This document shows, in pieces, positions 1-12,890 of a stretch of DNA of 64,000 nt. Each line of letters starts with the position of its first letter. The stretch's first letter is position 1. The position numbers were made by a program, and so were the translations under genes. The DNA comes from Tubiluchus corallicola (Eukaryota > Animalia > Priapulida). The notes below the pieces were generated by a model, which saw nothing but the letters and a program-made list of their open reading frames with translations, did no database searches and had not been told where the DNA came from. The stretch covers positions 186,001-250,000 of the forward strand of contig JAQGDQ010000194.1 in NCBI GenBank assembly GCA_030141605.1. Reading direction: 5' to 3'.

Positions 1-1
1 A

Positions 2-840
2 TTAACAGTTACTTAGTATAAAATTGTCCCTGATCAGGTTAGTGAAAGCCATTATTAAATTTTTATCAGATTGAGGCATAATATTACGTGTATAATTGGC
101 ATCAGCTATTTCCATGAACGGCATTCTTTTTGCATTATCTATTTTATTACATCTGAATAAAATGTGCTGAGGAGTTTGCTCTTCTTCTCCACATGGACAT
201 AAACTAGTATCACACATATTAAGTCTATACAAAAAGCTGTTAAAATTCCCCTGGCCAGTTAAAAAGGACATGGCAATGGATTCTATTTTCCTTTCATTAT
301 TTCCAAGTGGCAAATTTAAGGGTGTACATTTTATATTCTGTATTTCAACATTATCTCCTCGAAATTGCATAACATGCCTATATTTAGTTGCCCAGGTATA
401 AGAAACATAATCTGTAATTTGACGTTTGGTATAAATTAACATATTTTCAGGAATTTGTTCAAGATCTGTATTACGAAAGTTTTCATTCCAGACAAATTTT
501 AAAAAAGTTTCTCACAGTCTGCACATTTGTATACATAATATTTTTATAAATATGTCTTCCTGTCAGACGTGCACTACCATACCGCAGAATCTGTTGTTTT
601 ACTAAATCGTCAGCGCTCTGACATAATGTCTTAAGACATGATTTAACCACAATTACATTTAGTTCAATGACTAACGGTGGAAGACCACAAAGTAATTCCA
701 ATTTAGTACGATCTGGTTTAAAAGCCAACCCCGCAGAAACTTTCATTATATCATAGGTTATATCTTCAAATACGGTTAGTTTTTTACCTAACCATACAAT
801 AGCACCATACAGTATAATCGGCAAAATAGTAGTTTTATAA
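2..840 (-). mobile_element. Decayed non-LTR retrotransposon (LINE), 3' part of ORF2
   Basis: ORF 483-824 resembles the post-RT region (PIILYGAIVW...LELLCGLPPL). ORF 2-442 carries the C-terminal CCHC knuckle typical of I/R1/Nimb-like ORF2 (CPCGEEEQTPQHILFRC). The frame is broken between the two ORFs. Confidence 0.75.
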
Positions 841-857
841 ATATTTAAATATTTTAT

Positions 858-976
<119 letters not shown>

Positions 977-1179
977 AGCAGCTGCGTATTATTATAGAAC
1001 TTTTTTTCTTAATAAAAAGTTGATATTAATGTTTTCAATTATATTTTGCAATTGTATGAATTTTTGTGCAGAAAATTCCAAATAAAGTGGCCAGAGATAG
1101 GAAAATTTGTGAGAACGACAAGAGAAACGGTTTATTCTGGTAGTGATAGACACCAGCACAAAAATAATAAGGTATGCGA

Positions 1180-2350
1180 TAATAAGAAATAAGAAATAAT
1201 AAGAAAGGAAATTGCAAACAAACGATAGGACGTTGGCCTTTGTTGGGCAGAATGATGGGTAAAATTACAAGGGAACCTTTTCAATATAAACATCATGCAA
1301 GTACATGCATCAGTTCTGGACAATTCAGAAGAAGTTGAAGATTTCTATGAAAATGTCCACAAAACTCATGGCTTATGCAAAGTCAGATGAAGTAAATGCA
1401 CTGATGGGTGACTTTAGTGCTAAAGTTGGATAGAATCTAGATTATCGGCCAGATGACAGTCGGACTTGGTAACAGAAATGAAGGAGCATCAGAACTCATA
1501 GAATTCTGCAATGAGTTCATAACTAATCCTTATGAACACAACGTTTAAGTATCACCCGAGGTACTTATGTACATGAAAAATTCCTGGTAATTCATTTTCT
1601 ATTTAAGTGGACTTCATTATAATCTATCGAAGAACTTGAAACAGTGTAAAAAACGTGAAAACTTATTGGGTCAAGAGCAAATATTCAGTCACAAATTAAT
1701 CCTGTATGAATGTAAAGTTGAATGAACAGAGATAACAAACAGATTTTCAATTCTTGTAAATGATGAAAACGTGCAAGGTGTGGATATCGAGGAAAGCTGG
1801 GAGGATATGAAAGAGGCATTCAACAAGGAAAATGTATTGCCTAAGAAAGAGAGAAAAGCAAAACCATAGTTGGATGACAGATGACATTTCGAACTAAATG
1901 AATGAAACGAATGCTGCGAAACAGATACATCCGGTCGGTTAAAGAAGTCTCAATAACAGAATTGATGAAGAAATGTTCTGGAATAAGAAATGTGGAGAGT
2001 AAAATACTTGAATCAATCGAATGAATCGACATAAGGAGATGAATGTCCAAATCAAAGATGTCATTAGTAACCAGAAGAAAGATGGTAGCAACGAATTTGT
2101 AAAAGACAAGGATGGGAAGGCATTTTTGGTGAAAATTACATCAAAAATAGATGGCAAGAGTATGACACAGGGCTTTACGGTGATAACAGAGATCAGAATA
2201 TGGAGACACCAACAGGAGAAAAAATTTTGGTTGAGGAAGTGAGAAAAGTTATATAAAGCTCTAAAAGCAGGGAAGGCAGCAGGCTAGGATAACATTAATA
2301 CCAAAATGTTATGCGCATTAGACGATGAAAATAAGCACATTAATAAAATT
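1180..2350 (+). mobile_element. Decayed RTE-clade LINE fragment (AP endonuclease to pre-RT region)
   Basis: Manual translation gives endonuclease motifs (EPFNINIMQVHA...EEVEDFYE, MGDFSAKVG, GLGNRNE) and the pre-RT motif KAGKAAG.DNI, with many stops and frameshifts. Confidence 0.7.
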
Positions 2351-2596
2351 TTGTAATTCAGTTTAAAATTTAATGATAGCCCCAGCAGATTATTATTATT
2401 ATTATTTATGACTCTATTTATTATCGTTGTGCGACTAAATCATAATTGTAAAGTTATAATTATTACATAAAGATAATTTCCCTCCAAATAAAAGAAGGAG
2501 AGGTGCGTATAGGCCTATGGTTTGAATTAGATTAATTCATTAAAAACTGAAACATCTTATGTAGACTCTTCTCTGAGCAAATACAGAACAAATATC

Positions 2597-3702
2597 AAGA
2601 CAGGGTTTCGCGGAGCCGGGGCTTTTTTTGCGATAATCGAAAAATGTCCACAGTCGCCAAAAAATTCACGTGATTGTTTTTTGACGCAAATTATTTGTGC
2701 AGAGTTCGAAATGATTTCGCGCGATTTTTGCCACTCTTTCTTGAGAATTTTGGTCCTTTTTCTCGATACGATGTCGCACAAAATTGGCCTGACCTATTTG
2801 ATACATATTTGTAGTTGTTTTGTGACTTTTACAACACTTAATCGACAAGGCGAATGGTGCTCGACATTCGCGTGCATATACTGCGATTCCTTTACGACAA
2901 TTTCAAGGAATTTCGTAGAAAAAAGTACGGCTTAACTAAGGTCCTCCAAAATGTCGCCAAAATAATGAAAATAGTCGCAAAGTGGTCAAACATTCTTATA
3001 AGTATCTCAAAATGTTTTCCGAGTTTTCGTGGATTTCGAAACTGGTGACGAACGTCAAGAATAATTGACGACATATTTGCGCATGCTTAGCGCTTGTCAG
3101 ACAACTTTATGATAGTTTGGATAAGTTGTGGTGAAATGGCTTGTTGTTCAACTCCGGCGAAAAAATTTAAAGCCAGATTTTAACGTTTTTTCGCGACTTA
3201 ACGACTGTCAAAATTAGTCACAAAACATGCATAGGTGTTCGCCTTTATCACCAAAAGGTCACTGGCTTAGCGGAAAATTTTTAAATGTTTGTCATTTGGA
3301 ATTGCAAAACTTGCTACTTTACCAAAGATTTTATAACTGTTCTAAAGTTGTCTGAACATGTACCAAATCTGCGGAATACTTTGCTAATTATTCGTCAACA
3401 ATATCAAAATCCGCAGAAATTCGGAGAACGTTTTGACACACGTTTTTAGAATACAAGAATGATTTGCTACTTGAGCTACAAAACAGAAGCGGATTATTTT
3501 TTGGTTGTCGTTGCCCTGTGAAACACGCATTTAAACATTTAAACATCTCCCGCCGAAGCCAGCGACTATGGTTACAATGGTGAACGTCTGCACATGTTTT
3601 GCAACTATTTGCTGAATTTTACGAACATATTGAGCGACTGTTGGACTTTTTTACAATTTTTGGTCAGTCGCCTATGCGGCGAATCGCGTGAAACCTGGGT
3701 TT
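2597..3702. mobile_element. Putative non-autonomous DNA transposon (PIF/Harbinger-like), degenerate
   Basis: CpG-rich block without a credible ORF. It is bounded by imperfect inverted ends (AGGGTTTCGCG ... CGCGTGAAACCTGG) and has an internal TGTGAAACACGCATTTAA end-like motif. Confidence 0.35.
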
Positions 3703-5726
3703 TGTAAATGACCTAATGCAGTCTAGCTCAGCTAGTGGTAACTCTGTAAACACCAGAGAGGCTTCAAAATTATGGATATAATTGTAGATGTTATTGTGCT
3801 TCTCAACAAACTGCTTGAACTACTTTGCTAACCTACTGCTGAAGCGATTGGTGGGTAATAAAAATAGAGTTACATCTAAGTTCTTCTGTTTTAATATTTA
3901 TTTCACGCTTTTTTAGCATCCCCTTTTCAGCTCATTAATTGCAATGTTTGTAGTTGTAAAATAAACCGCAATAGTTTATTAACTTCTGATAGTCACAATC
4001 ATAATCTAATTAATGATATTGATAATCGTCAGCTAATTTGAAGATACTATAAATATCTCCTTACTGTGGCATGGGTACAGGTGGCGCTTTGGATTATGTG
4101 AGACCACAGATTGCCTGTTACGCTGAACAGTAATTCGGCTGGTTGAGCACAGGTGTTCTAATTCCAGGTTTTTGGTTTCAAGTCCCAACAGTTCAAATTT
4201 CTTCAGTGTTTTCTTTCTTCAACTCTTCACCCTAGCCACAAACTTAGTAGTTATAAATAAAACAATGGTTTAAAAACTTTTGGTACTCCCACTCGTAATA
4301 TAGTTAATAGCATGCACTGTAATGTAAAGTCATATACCTTTTTCGTATCCTGTCTCTTTTGCGAAGACCATGGCCAAAATCTATTATTTTTTTATTCTGA
4401 ACTAAAGTCATTATCTTTGTTTGACGGTCTAGAAGTACTAAAACCGAATTTTGTTAATGCAGTGCTAATGTCATACAGAAATACCAATTTTTTATGTTTT
4501 AGCTTTCAAACTCGAGGGAGTTGCGTATATCGAATGGAAATTACTATGGACTATACGTATTCTTCTCTATATTATAGTCAACAAACAAAGAAATAAGATA
4601 AATAAAGCTTGATAATTATTTCTAATCAATTAAATAAGCCTTGAAAGTTTAGTTATTTGTAAGTTTTTATTGTGGCAATTTAAAGTTAGCTTAGGTAATC
4701 GTATGTAATTAATCAGTTTATTTATTTAAAATTTTCGGCACGTTAGAATGCTTATAAATTAAAAATTATAGTAAGAATTATGGAACTAAAGAACTAAGAA
4801 CCAGGTACAGTAATGACACGCAGTAAAAAAGTGAACGGAAAACATGTGACATTACTTTCCGAAATAATTTTAAAATGACAACTATATTCCATTTGCGTCT
4901 CGCGTAAATAGCGTACATATTTTGTGTATGATGCCTTCTATTATATTATGGTGTGTTATTAACCAAATAAACAAGCATTGGATTAAAGTGAGCATATGTA
5001 AATGCGATCGTTGAATTACAGCACTGGAGTGTGCTCTTGGTATTCAAATAGGGAGCAAAAGATCGGCAAGTTTAAGTTCCGTTTTTTTATTTCAAGTTTA
5101 TCGCTGGTCTAACTTCATAATTAGGTAGTGCCGATTGCCATAGTTCTAATGATTCCGCGCAGCAATACTTTTGCAGAATACATTCCTGAGAAGTAGGGAC
5201 TGTTGCCTGTCTTTATAAGTTTGAGAGCACGTGACTGAAATTAACTACAGTCTAAAATTTGATAATGTTTTTGATAACAACTAAAAGATGGCTGGTTAAC
5301 AACAGAGTGAGGCGTCATTAGAGTGATAAGTTACCCGCAGTTTGCGCAGTACTCTTACCGAGTTTTGCAAGTTCGTAATACATATTTAGACAATTCACTT
5401 GATGATGGCTGCTAGATGCTTAGGTGTCTTCGTTAAATTTCGTGGAAAGCCCACAGCTTTCCGTGTTTTCCCAAACCTTCCCACCCGATTTTTTAAAAAT
5501 TTTCTCCAAATACCCTGTACTAAATTTAATGTACTTTTGTAATATTGTTTTGTAAAAATATTTTAATATGGTGTTTGTAAATATGTTCATTTATTGTATA
5601 TAGTTTTGCACTTTAGTTTTTTTTAGTATGCACTAGACGCATTTGTCTTGAACAGTGTGGTTATTTTAACATTACGCTGAGGCTTACTCAATTTTATTAT
5701 AATGAGTGAACCATTTTAATGACAAA

Positions 5727-8082
5727 TCTATATCTATACTCTTATATTAATATTCTTGGTATCTTAATATATATATTTATTTATATATAAGATTCGAGGC
5801 TACAGCCCGGACGAGGGCACCATTTGCGGCGATCTATATATCAAACGAAAGGTCTCGATCTAGTGTCGTCTCATTGGGGGTTTATTTTTCGAATGGGGCC
5901 CACCGCGAGGAACGGGGGGCGAAAAACCTCCAAAAATGGCCATTTTCAGCCGTTTTTTGCAAAAGTTATACGCCTGAGATGTAGAGAACGGGAATGGGCC
6001 GAGGGTGGTGCTGGGTATGGATAGATAGCCCGTTCAGCGGTGGGTGTCATAGGCCTATTTAGAGTTCCCGAGAGGGCCACGGCGCCCCGCAACGGGCGTT
6101 TTCCCGGACCCAACTCGCGATTTTTTCGAAATTTTGACCAAACGGCCTGTGGAAAAAACGTTCTAGCGGCGCTTGGTGGGACACTCGGAAGGAGATATGG
6201 AGCTCTTTACAAAGAGGAAGGACAGGGCTACACGATGATGTGGGCTATATGTTAGGACAGGTCCACCGAGAGGAGTATCGACGAGTTAATTAGATGTTCT
6301 ATTTTTCGCAATTTTCGCTTAGAAAACTGCTGACGCAAAGGCATTGTTGTGACGTCATCCATTGTATTCTGTCTATAATCTTATAGCTTTAATTCAGGAA
6401 AAAGCTGCTATGCTGCTGTAATTCAGTAAAAGCTGCTACGGGCTTTGTGTTAAAAATGAGGACTAGGTAGAATGTTCGCGTGTTATTGATTATACGTGGT
6501 TTTTTACGCAAAATCTTTTGCGGGGCCTTTGCTATTTATTATATTATAGCACATAGTTTCAACTTTGTGAAAAATGTTTGGAATGGTTTTGTTGTAATGC
6601 TGTGCTGTTGGTGCGTGTCGTCATCGTTGTCACCATCATCATCATCATCATCATCAACATCATGATCACCACGTGAGGTGGTGGATTTGATGTGGTGTGG
6701 TGGTGGTGGTGTGCTTTGTGTGTTGTGCTATGGATGGTGTGGTGGGGTGATAGGGTGTGTGGGGTGTGGTGTGGATAGTGTGGTATGGAGTGGGTGGCGT
6801 GGTGTGTGGGTGGGTGTTGTGGTGCAGTGTGGTGTGATGTGGTGGAGTATTATGGTGTGGGTGGTGTGGTGTGTGGGTGGTGCGATGTGGTGTGGTGCAG
6901 TGGTATGGTGTGGTGCAGTGTGGTGTGATGTGGTGGAGTCGTATGGTGTGGGTGGTGTGGTGGTGTGGGTGGTGCGGTGTGCTGCAGTGGTATGGTGTGG
7001 TGCGGTGTGGTGTGATGTGGTGGAGTGGTATGGTGTGGGTGGTGTGGTGTAGTGTGGTGCAGTGTGGTGTTATGGTGTGGTGCAGTGTGGATGTATATTA
7101 TGGTGGGGTGTGGTGGTGTGGTGTGGGTGTGGCAGTGTGGTGCATGGTGTGGTGTGTGTGGTGGAGTGGGTATGGGTGTGTGGTGGTGTGGTGTGTAGGT
7201 GGTGAGTGGTATGGTGTGGCAGTGTGGTGTGGTGGAGTGGTGGTGTGGGTGGTGTGGTATGGAGTGTGGTGGCGTGGTGTGTGGGTGGGTGTTGTGGTGC
7301 AGTGTGGAGTGTGGTGCAGTGGTGTGGTGGTGGAATTATGGTGTGGGTGGTGTGTGGGTGTGTGGGTGGTGTGGTGCAGTGGTGGTGTGGTGTATGTGTG
7401 ATGTGGTGGAGTCGTATGGTGTGGGTGGTGGTGTGTGTGTGGTGGTGTGTGCTGCAGCGGTATGGTGTGTAGGTGGGTGGGTGGTGTGGTGCAGTGTGGT
7501 GTTATGGTGTGGTGCTGTGTGGTGTTATGGTGTGGTGCTGTGTGGTGTGATGTGGTGGAGTATTATGGTGTGGGTGGTGTGGTGTGGTGTGTGGGTGGTG
7601 CAGTGGTATGGTGTGGTGCAGTGTGGTGTGATGTGGTGGAGGTGATGGTGTGGTGTGTGTGTGGTGTGTAGTGGTATGGTGTGGGTGGTGGTTGTGTGGT
7701 GGTGTGGGGTGGGTTATGGTGTGGTGCTGTGTGGTGGATGTGGTGGAGTGGTATGGTGTGGGTGGTGTGGTGTGTAGGTGGGTGGGTGGTGCAGTGTGGT
7801 GTTATGGTGTGGTGCTGTGCGGTGTGATGTGGTGGAGTATTATGGTGTGGGTGGTGCAATGGTATGGTGTGGTGCAGTGTGGTGTGATGTGGTGGAGTGG
7901 TATGGTGTGGGTGGTGTGGTGTGTAGGTGGTATGGTGTGGTGCCGTGCGGTGTGGTGGTATTGTGTGGTGCGATGAGGTGGAGTGGTATGGTGTGGTGCA
8001 GTGCGGTGTGATGTGGTGGAGTGGTGTGGTGTGGGTTGTGTGTTGATTTGTGCACAAAATTCTTTTTGTGGGGTTTGGCTAG
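5727..8082 (+). mobile_element. Non-autonomous Helitron, long form with GT-rich satellite (copy A)
   Basis: Starts A|TCTATATCTATACTC and ends with hairpin CACAAAA-ttct-TTTTGTG plus CTAG|T at 8079-8082. No TSD or TIR. The 5' ~800 bp is shared with copies at 19831-20581, 21292-26290, 34172 and 54296. Confidence 0.8.
6678..8040 (+). repeat. Complex GT-rich minisatellite, (TGGTG)n-based, inside a Helitron
   Basis: Degenerate TGGTG/GTGTG/GTGCA units with recurring higher-order blocks such as GTGGTGCAGTGTGGTGTGATGTGGTGGAGT. Confidence 0.92.
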
Positions 8083-8139
8083 TATATATTATTATACATA
8101 TTATATTATTCAAATTATTAATATAAAGTTTTGCACATA

Positions 8140-8475
8140 AACCCACAATGACAAACCATACCATATCTATCACTTCACATCACGCACACTACACCACCAT
8201 ATCACCCACAGCACTGCACCAACATCGCCCACAACACATCACCCACACCACACCCACTACACTACCACCATACCATCCACAATACACTGCCTAGACCATA
8301 CCGCCACCTTACCCGCCCACACCATGCCACACCACACCAGATCCACTACACTACCCACATCACATGATGGTCATGACGATAATGATGATGACAACGACAA
8401 TGATAACATAAACAACACCAAGATCAACAGCACAGCATTTTAGCGAAACCGTGCCAACATTTTGCACTAAATTTA
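8140..8475 (-). mobile_element. Inverted fragment of the Helitron 3' cargo segment (diverged)
   Basis: Reverse complement matches the 'tgctgtgctgttg...catcatcat...catgtgatgtgg' segment and GT-rich tract seen at 6575-6700 and 34860-35370. Confidence 0.6.
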
Positions 8476-8675
8476 AAAAAAAACTCTTAGACCATCCACC
8501 AATGATCAATAATATTCTATTCAGTGTTTGCAAACTGTTCTTTTTGATCATAATATAGATTATAAGCTCATTTTCCATTATGTATGTTGACTATGACGTA
8601 TAGCATACACAAGAATTGCACATTTACATAAAAACAGGAACATAAGACCACATATTTCTAGTTTCAAATACTCAC

Positions 8676-8858
8676 TACACATGGCAATACGAGGATGCCC
8701 AACTCTTGTTCCAGGAATTTCGTAACCATGTTTGTCAACACACCACGAATATCTTGTGCTGTGCCAACGCTGGAGTGGATAATAATCACCTGAAGCCGTG
8801 CAACGAGGAATGAAAGCTCCAGGAACTAAGACGACATTTGCTTTCTCAATTAAGCAAG
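8676..8858 (-). CDS. Exon 13 (last found) of mosaic protease-inhibitor gene: thyroglobulin type-1 domain, 4-Cys form
   Basis: Not in the ORF track. Acceptor TTTAAG, donor A|GTGAGT, 183 nt, phase 1-1. Translation ACLIEKANVVLVPGAFIPRCTASGDYYPLQRWHSTRYSWCVDKHGYEIPGTRVGHPRIAMC. Confidence 0.9.
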
Positions 8859-9272
8859 CTTAAATGAAAATGAGCTGTGAATAATATATATGATTTTATT
8901 TGCATATATTACATATTATAACAATGCAATTTATAAATATTTGTAAGTAATAATCTCCAAAAATACTTACATTAGTTAATTATAATACAATACAAAAACT
9001 GATAAATTTCTTCATACGAAAAACCAGGTAGAAGGATTTTACCCTGCAGTAAGCCAGTACAGCTGATAAGCAAATATATGACGATTACTAATACATATTA
9101 CTAATTACTAATAATAGCAGTGTTATTAAGACTGGATTAATTTTTGTGCAATAAACATCCTATTTACTTCCACAGTTGTACAAGTGAAATTAATTTTTCA
9201 AAGTTACAGTGTTTTCAAAACAGTAATTTTTGACCGATTATACATGCCAACAGTTTAAACGTTTCCTTAGTT

Positions 9273-10640
9273 CAGGGGTTCTCAATCTTTTATTGACAGC
9301 GACCCCTTTCAAGAACCCTGCATCATATCACGACCCCACGAAAAACATAATCACATTTTATACTGTTAAACATCATTATCATTTGCTTTATTCATTTATT
9401 AAGTTTAACTTACTATTCAACCAATTATTAAATGAGTGATTGTTTCATAAATTAATTAATATGATGGTTGCGCCTGTTTCTAGTTTTCTAATGCGTGTCT
9501 CAATGCCACTTAGCGCAACAATCATGTCCGATTCTATTTCAAGCCGATCTCTGTATTTCATTTTCATAACAACCATTGTAGAAAACATCTGTTCAAATAA
9601 GTAAGATGAAGGGTACGACATTAGGAAACTTACTGCCTTCATGGATAGACCTGGATAGGATTCACGCATTTCGCACCAGCATTTGAAAAAGGACAGTATC
9701 CTGCTTCACTCACGAGCTCCTCTTGAGCACACTAATACAATTTAGCCAACCAGTCGCTGGACTCCAGCATTGCCACCCATTCATACATGGGTGTACCCAA
9801 AAAATTGTTAAACGTCTGTTCAAATAAGTAAGATAAAGGTTACGACATTAGGAACCTTACTGCCTTCATGAATAGACCTCAGAATCCTGCTTCGATCACG
9901 AGCTCCTCTTGAGCACACTAATACAATTTAGCCAACCAGTCGCTAGACTCCAGCATTTCCACCCATTCACACATGGGTATACCCAAAAAATTGTTAAACG
10001 TCTGTTCAAATAAGTAAGATAAAAGTTACGACATTAGGAACCTTACTGCCTTCATGAATAGACCTCAGAATCCTGCTTCGATCATGAGCTCCTCTTGAGC
10101 ACACTAATACAATTTAGCCAACCAGTCGCTAGACTCCAGCATTTCCACCCATTCATATATGGGTATACCCAAAAAATTGTTAAACGTCTGTTCAAATAAG
10201 TAAGATAAAGGGTACGACATTAGGAACCTTACTGCTTTCATGAATAGACCTCAGAATCCTGCTTCACTCACGAGCTCCTCTTGAGCACACTAATACAATT
10301 TAGCCAACCAGTCACTGGATTCCAGCATTGCCACCCATTCATACATGGGTGTACCCAAAAAATTGTTATAATTCTTCATGTAACTCGTAAACACATAGAA
10401 TTAGGTTTCCTCACGATAACCATCAAAACCAGCACAGAAGAGTAACTTAATGTTATCATCTCATGGCAGAACAATCTAAATTCTTAATAATCTGCTGCTT
10501 AGAGCACTGGATTTGATGTGATTCATGATTTCGAATACTTGTGACAATACCTCCATGAGACTTACAGGCAATGTGCAAGCAGCAAGCACCTCCCTATGGA
10601 TCATGTAATGTATCATGAGCCCAGGAGAACCAGCTGCTGT
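9273..10640 (-). mobile_element. hAT (Charlie/Buster-like) DNA transposon relic
   Basis: Charlie-type terminus CAGGGGTTCTCAA at 9273. ORF 9445-9669 matches the hAT C-terminal dimerisation region (YP.LS.KA..FL.....YL.EQ.FS...MK.KYRDRL..ESD..VALS.IE.RI). 10476-10620 matches H.MIHRE.LAA..LP.SL.EVL.....I.NHIKSSAL.SRL. Confidence 0.8.
9589..10368. repeat. Tandem array, ~4 copies of a 186-bp unit derived from hAT transposase sequence
   Basis: CTGTTCAAATAAGTAAGAT recurs at 9589, 9816, 10002 and 10188 (spacings 227, 186, 186). Copies are nearly identical. Confidence 0.93.
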
Positions 10641-11132
10641 ACAAGGTTCTACTAGAAATAAACAAATCAAGGTACTTTCATTTTTTAACGGGAATTTCTC
10701 CTTAAAAATTAGACTTGACGCCAACATGTAACAGAGTGTTGTGTCTGGATAGTTGAAATTTTCTGCATAAGCCGATTTCATGCAATTGATACCGTATATT
10801 GTTACAGTACAAACATTGCAATTACTGAAAGCTTTTTTCTTTTTTTTTGCTCAAAAATCGATTTGTTAATTTGTCTAATATAAACATTTCATACATTATT
10901 TTGCATAAAAATCTAGTGTGTTAGGAAAGAAGGCAACAAAAATTGTCAAACATCATGTAATCCCTGTTTAGTGAGAGCAGTTCTTCATGAACCCATGCAC
11001 AATGCAGGAAATACTTACAGTCCTGAAGAAGTTAAACAGTCCAACTGTGCGGTACTTCGGCTTGCATTTTGCCATACATATACCAGAAATAAATACAAAA
11101 TTCAAAAATCAAAAAACTGAAAATACAAATAC

Positions 11133-11279
11133 CTCTTGCAGGCTTAAAACAAACAGCACCACACTTGGTAAAGTTGCAACACTTTTCTAACATTGGACAG
11201 TCATCATCGGTTTCGCATTGTTTTGTTGGACAGTTCTGCTCATCAAAGTAGCTTTCATGAAGACAATGACTATCTCTGA
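11133..11279 (-). CDS. Exon 12: WAP (four-disulfide core) domain
   Basis: Acceptor TGTGAAG, donor G|GTATTT, 147 nt, phase 1-1. VRDSHCLHESYFDEQNCPTKQCETDDDCPMLEKCCNFTKCGAVCFKPAR has the 8-Cys WAP pattern. Confidence 0.9.
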
Positions 11280-12539
11280 CTTCACATAAAAAATAAAAAT
11301 GCACAACTTTAGTGCACTTGTTAAAGCAATTAACTTCCCTTCCTCACTGATTAGCTATGAAAAATTGCTTCACTACTTAAATAAGTACTTAAAAGGCTTG
11401 GTATTTACTTAGAAAATCTCACTTTAAGGTACGCTGTTTAATTTTTCAGGGTCCTCTACAACTGGCTCTATAATGCAACAACAAGAGGGACTTATGCTGT
11501 ATTTCTTTTTGCACAACGTCCCTAAAAGACGTAAACATCTTTTATGGTAGGACCAGATCCTAGTTCATTTTTACAATAATCCTCTCAGATGAAAAATTTT
11601 AACAGGTATCACAATCACTATCAGACGTATGTAAACATCTTTCGAGCGATATGATACATATTGTTTGCAAAGTGGATTTCTTGGTGCTCGAATGGCCGAC
11701 GATACACCCATTACCATTCCTTTATTTTTCACAGTTGACTTATACTGTGATTTGTATTTAACAAGAGTACTTACATCATGAATAAAATAAAAAACAAATT
11801 ACGAAATCATAACAGCAATTTCAACAATATAAAAATTAGATGGTTAAATTCTCAGGATGTGCCAAAGCAGAGTGTGTCAATAAATTGAGCCACTGCATTA
11901 ATGCTATCCCAAAATACTGTTCAAGAAATCATATATTGTACTTTATTGACAAGTAATAAAATTTACATTCACAGTACTTTTTCCACAGAAAAAACATTCC
12001 TAAAAATAACAACTTCCCTGACAAAAAATTGGCAAAATTTTTTTTCACAGAAACGTTTTTAGCAGAAAATATTTTTCTGTGAAAACTTGTTTCACAAAAA
12101 AGTATTTACCAGAAATATTTTTAACAGAAAACTCGCAGTTGCGTTTTTAATTGTAAGATCTGCTACTTTAGCAGGATAAAGCCTTTATTTTTTGTTTGCC
12201 TCTCCCTCTCTACTTTCTTCTTTTCTGACCCCTTTCATCATTTCCTTCAAAAAACAGTCAGAATGTACTTAATTCATGTTATTATTTGAGCTGTCACACA
12301 TTGCATCTTAATTTATAGCATTAAATTTGAATCAGTTTGCATTAAATCTTCTGCCATAAAATCATCACAAATTTAACAGAACAAAATAATTTGAATCTAG
12401 AAAATGAAAACACTGATGTTGGAATCCATATAATAAATACATCACTCAATAAATTATGCACCTTCATAAGATTTTTGAAAACTATGTACTCCCAATTTCC
12501 AAAAAAGAAATATAATGAAACAGTCATCAAAATATAATG

Positions 12540-12890
12540 CTATTAAAATAAGGTCATCAATTCAGCGTGAAACGAAAACTCTTAATCTTTATCAATTTAA
12601 AAAAGCATCAAAGAATTACCTACTACAATGGTATAATTAACTCACAATTTTACTCATCCTGATCTTAAGTTACTAAGAAAACTTATTTTGTTCTAATGTA
12701 CGTTATAACTGATGAAAATACTATGCAATGTTAATTGTCAATTGTTTCACTTATCTGGAGGAGGACTCGAAAGCTCAATGCTCCTTCCTCGTCCTCACAG
12801 TAACTCGCTTAGTTTTTTTTTCAATGTAATATCAATTTGTAAGTATGTTTGAGTTGCTGTGGAATAAATTCATAATTCAAATAATTCAAA
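12540..12890 (+). mobile_element. 3' end fragment of a CR1/L2-like LINE
   Basis: ORF2-terminus-like ...QFKKASKNYLLQWYN*, a GAGGAGGA...TCCTCGTCCTC stem-loop, then AATAAA and a short ATTCAAAT-type tail. Confidence 0.45.

Noticed and set aside
4122-4190. tRNA-like A/B-box sequence (GGCTGGTTGAGCAC...GGTTTCAAGTCCC)
   Set aside because: No intact cloverleaf; at most a decayed tRNA-derived SINE.
4950-5420. Candidate terminal exon(s) of the inhibitor gene
   Set aside because: Several short open frames exist, but none has a recognisable domain or an unambiguous splice/polyA arrangement.
5824-6255. Recurrent short ORFs (MGVVGIFRI...) in each Helitron copy
   Set aside because: Frames and stops differ between copies and there is no Rep/helicase motif; the element is non-coding.
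6678-8173. Many overlapping V/W/C/G-rich and H/T/P-rich ORFs (also 22727-23535 and 34820-35431)
   Set aside because: Translations of the stop-poor GT-rich satellite, not genes.
9589-10368. CRISPR-like periodicity
   Set aside because: Whole 186-bp units repeat with no unique spacers, there are no cas genes, and the context is eukaryotic.
10670-11760. Cys-containing minus-strand frames at about 10680-10825 and 11430-11720 as extra or pseudo-exons
   Set aside because: They have stops or incompatible phases and no full domain Cys pattern; exons 12 and 13 join cleanly without them.
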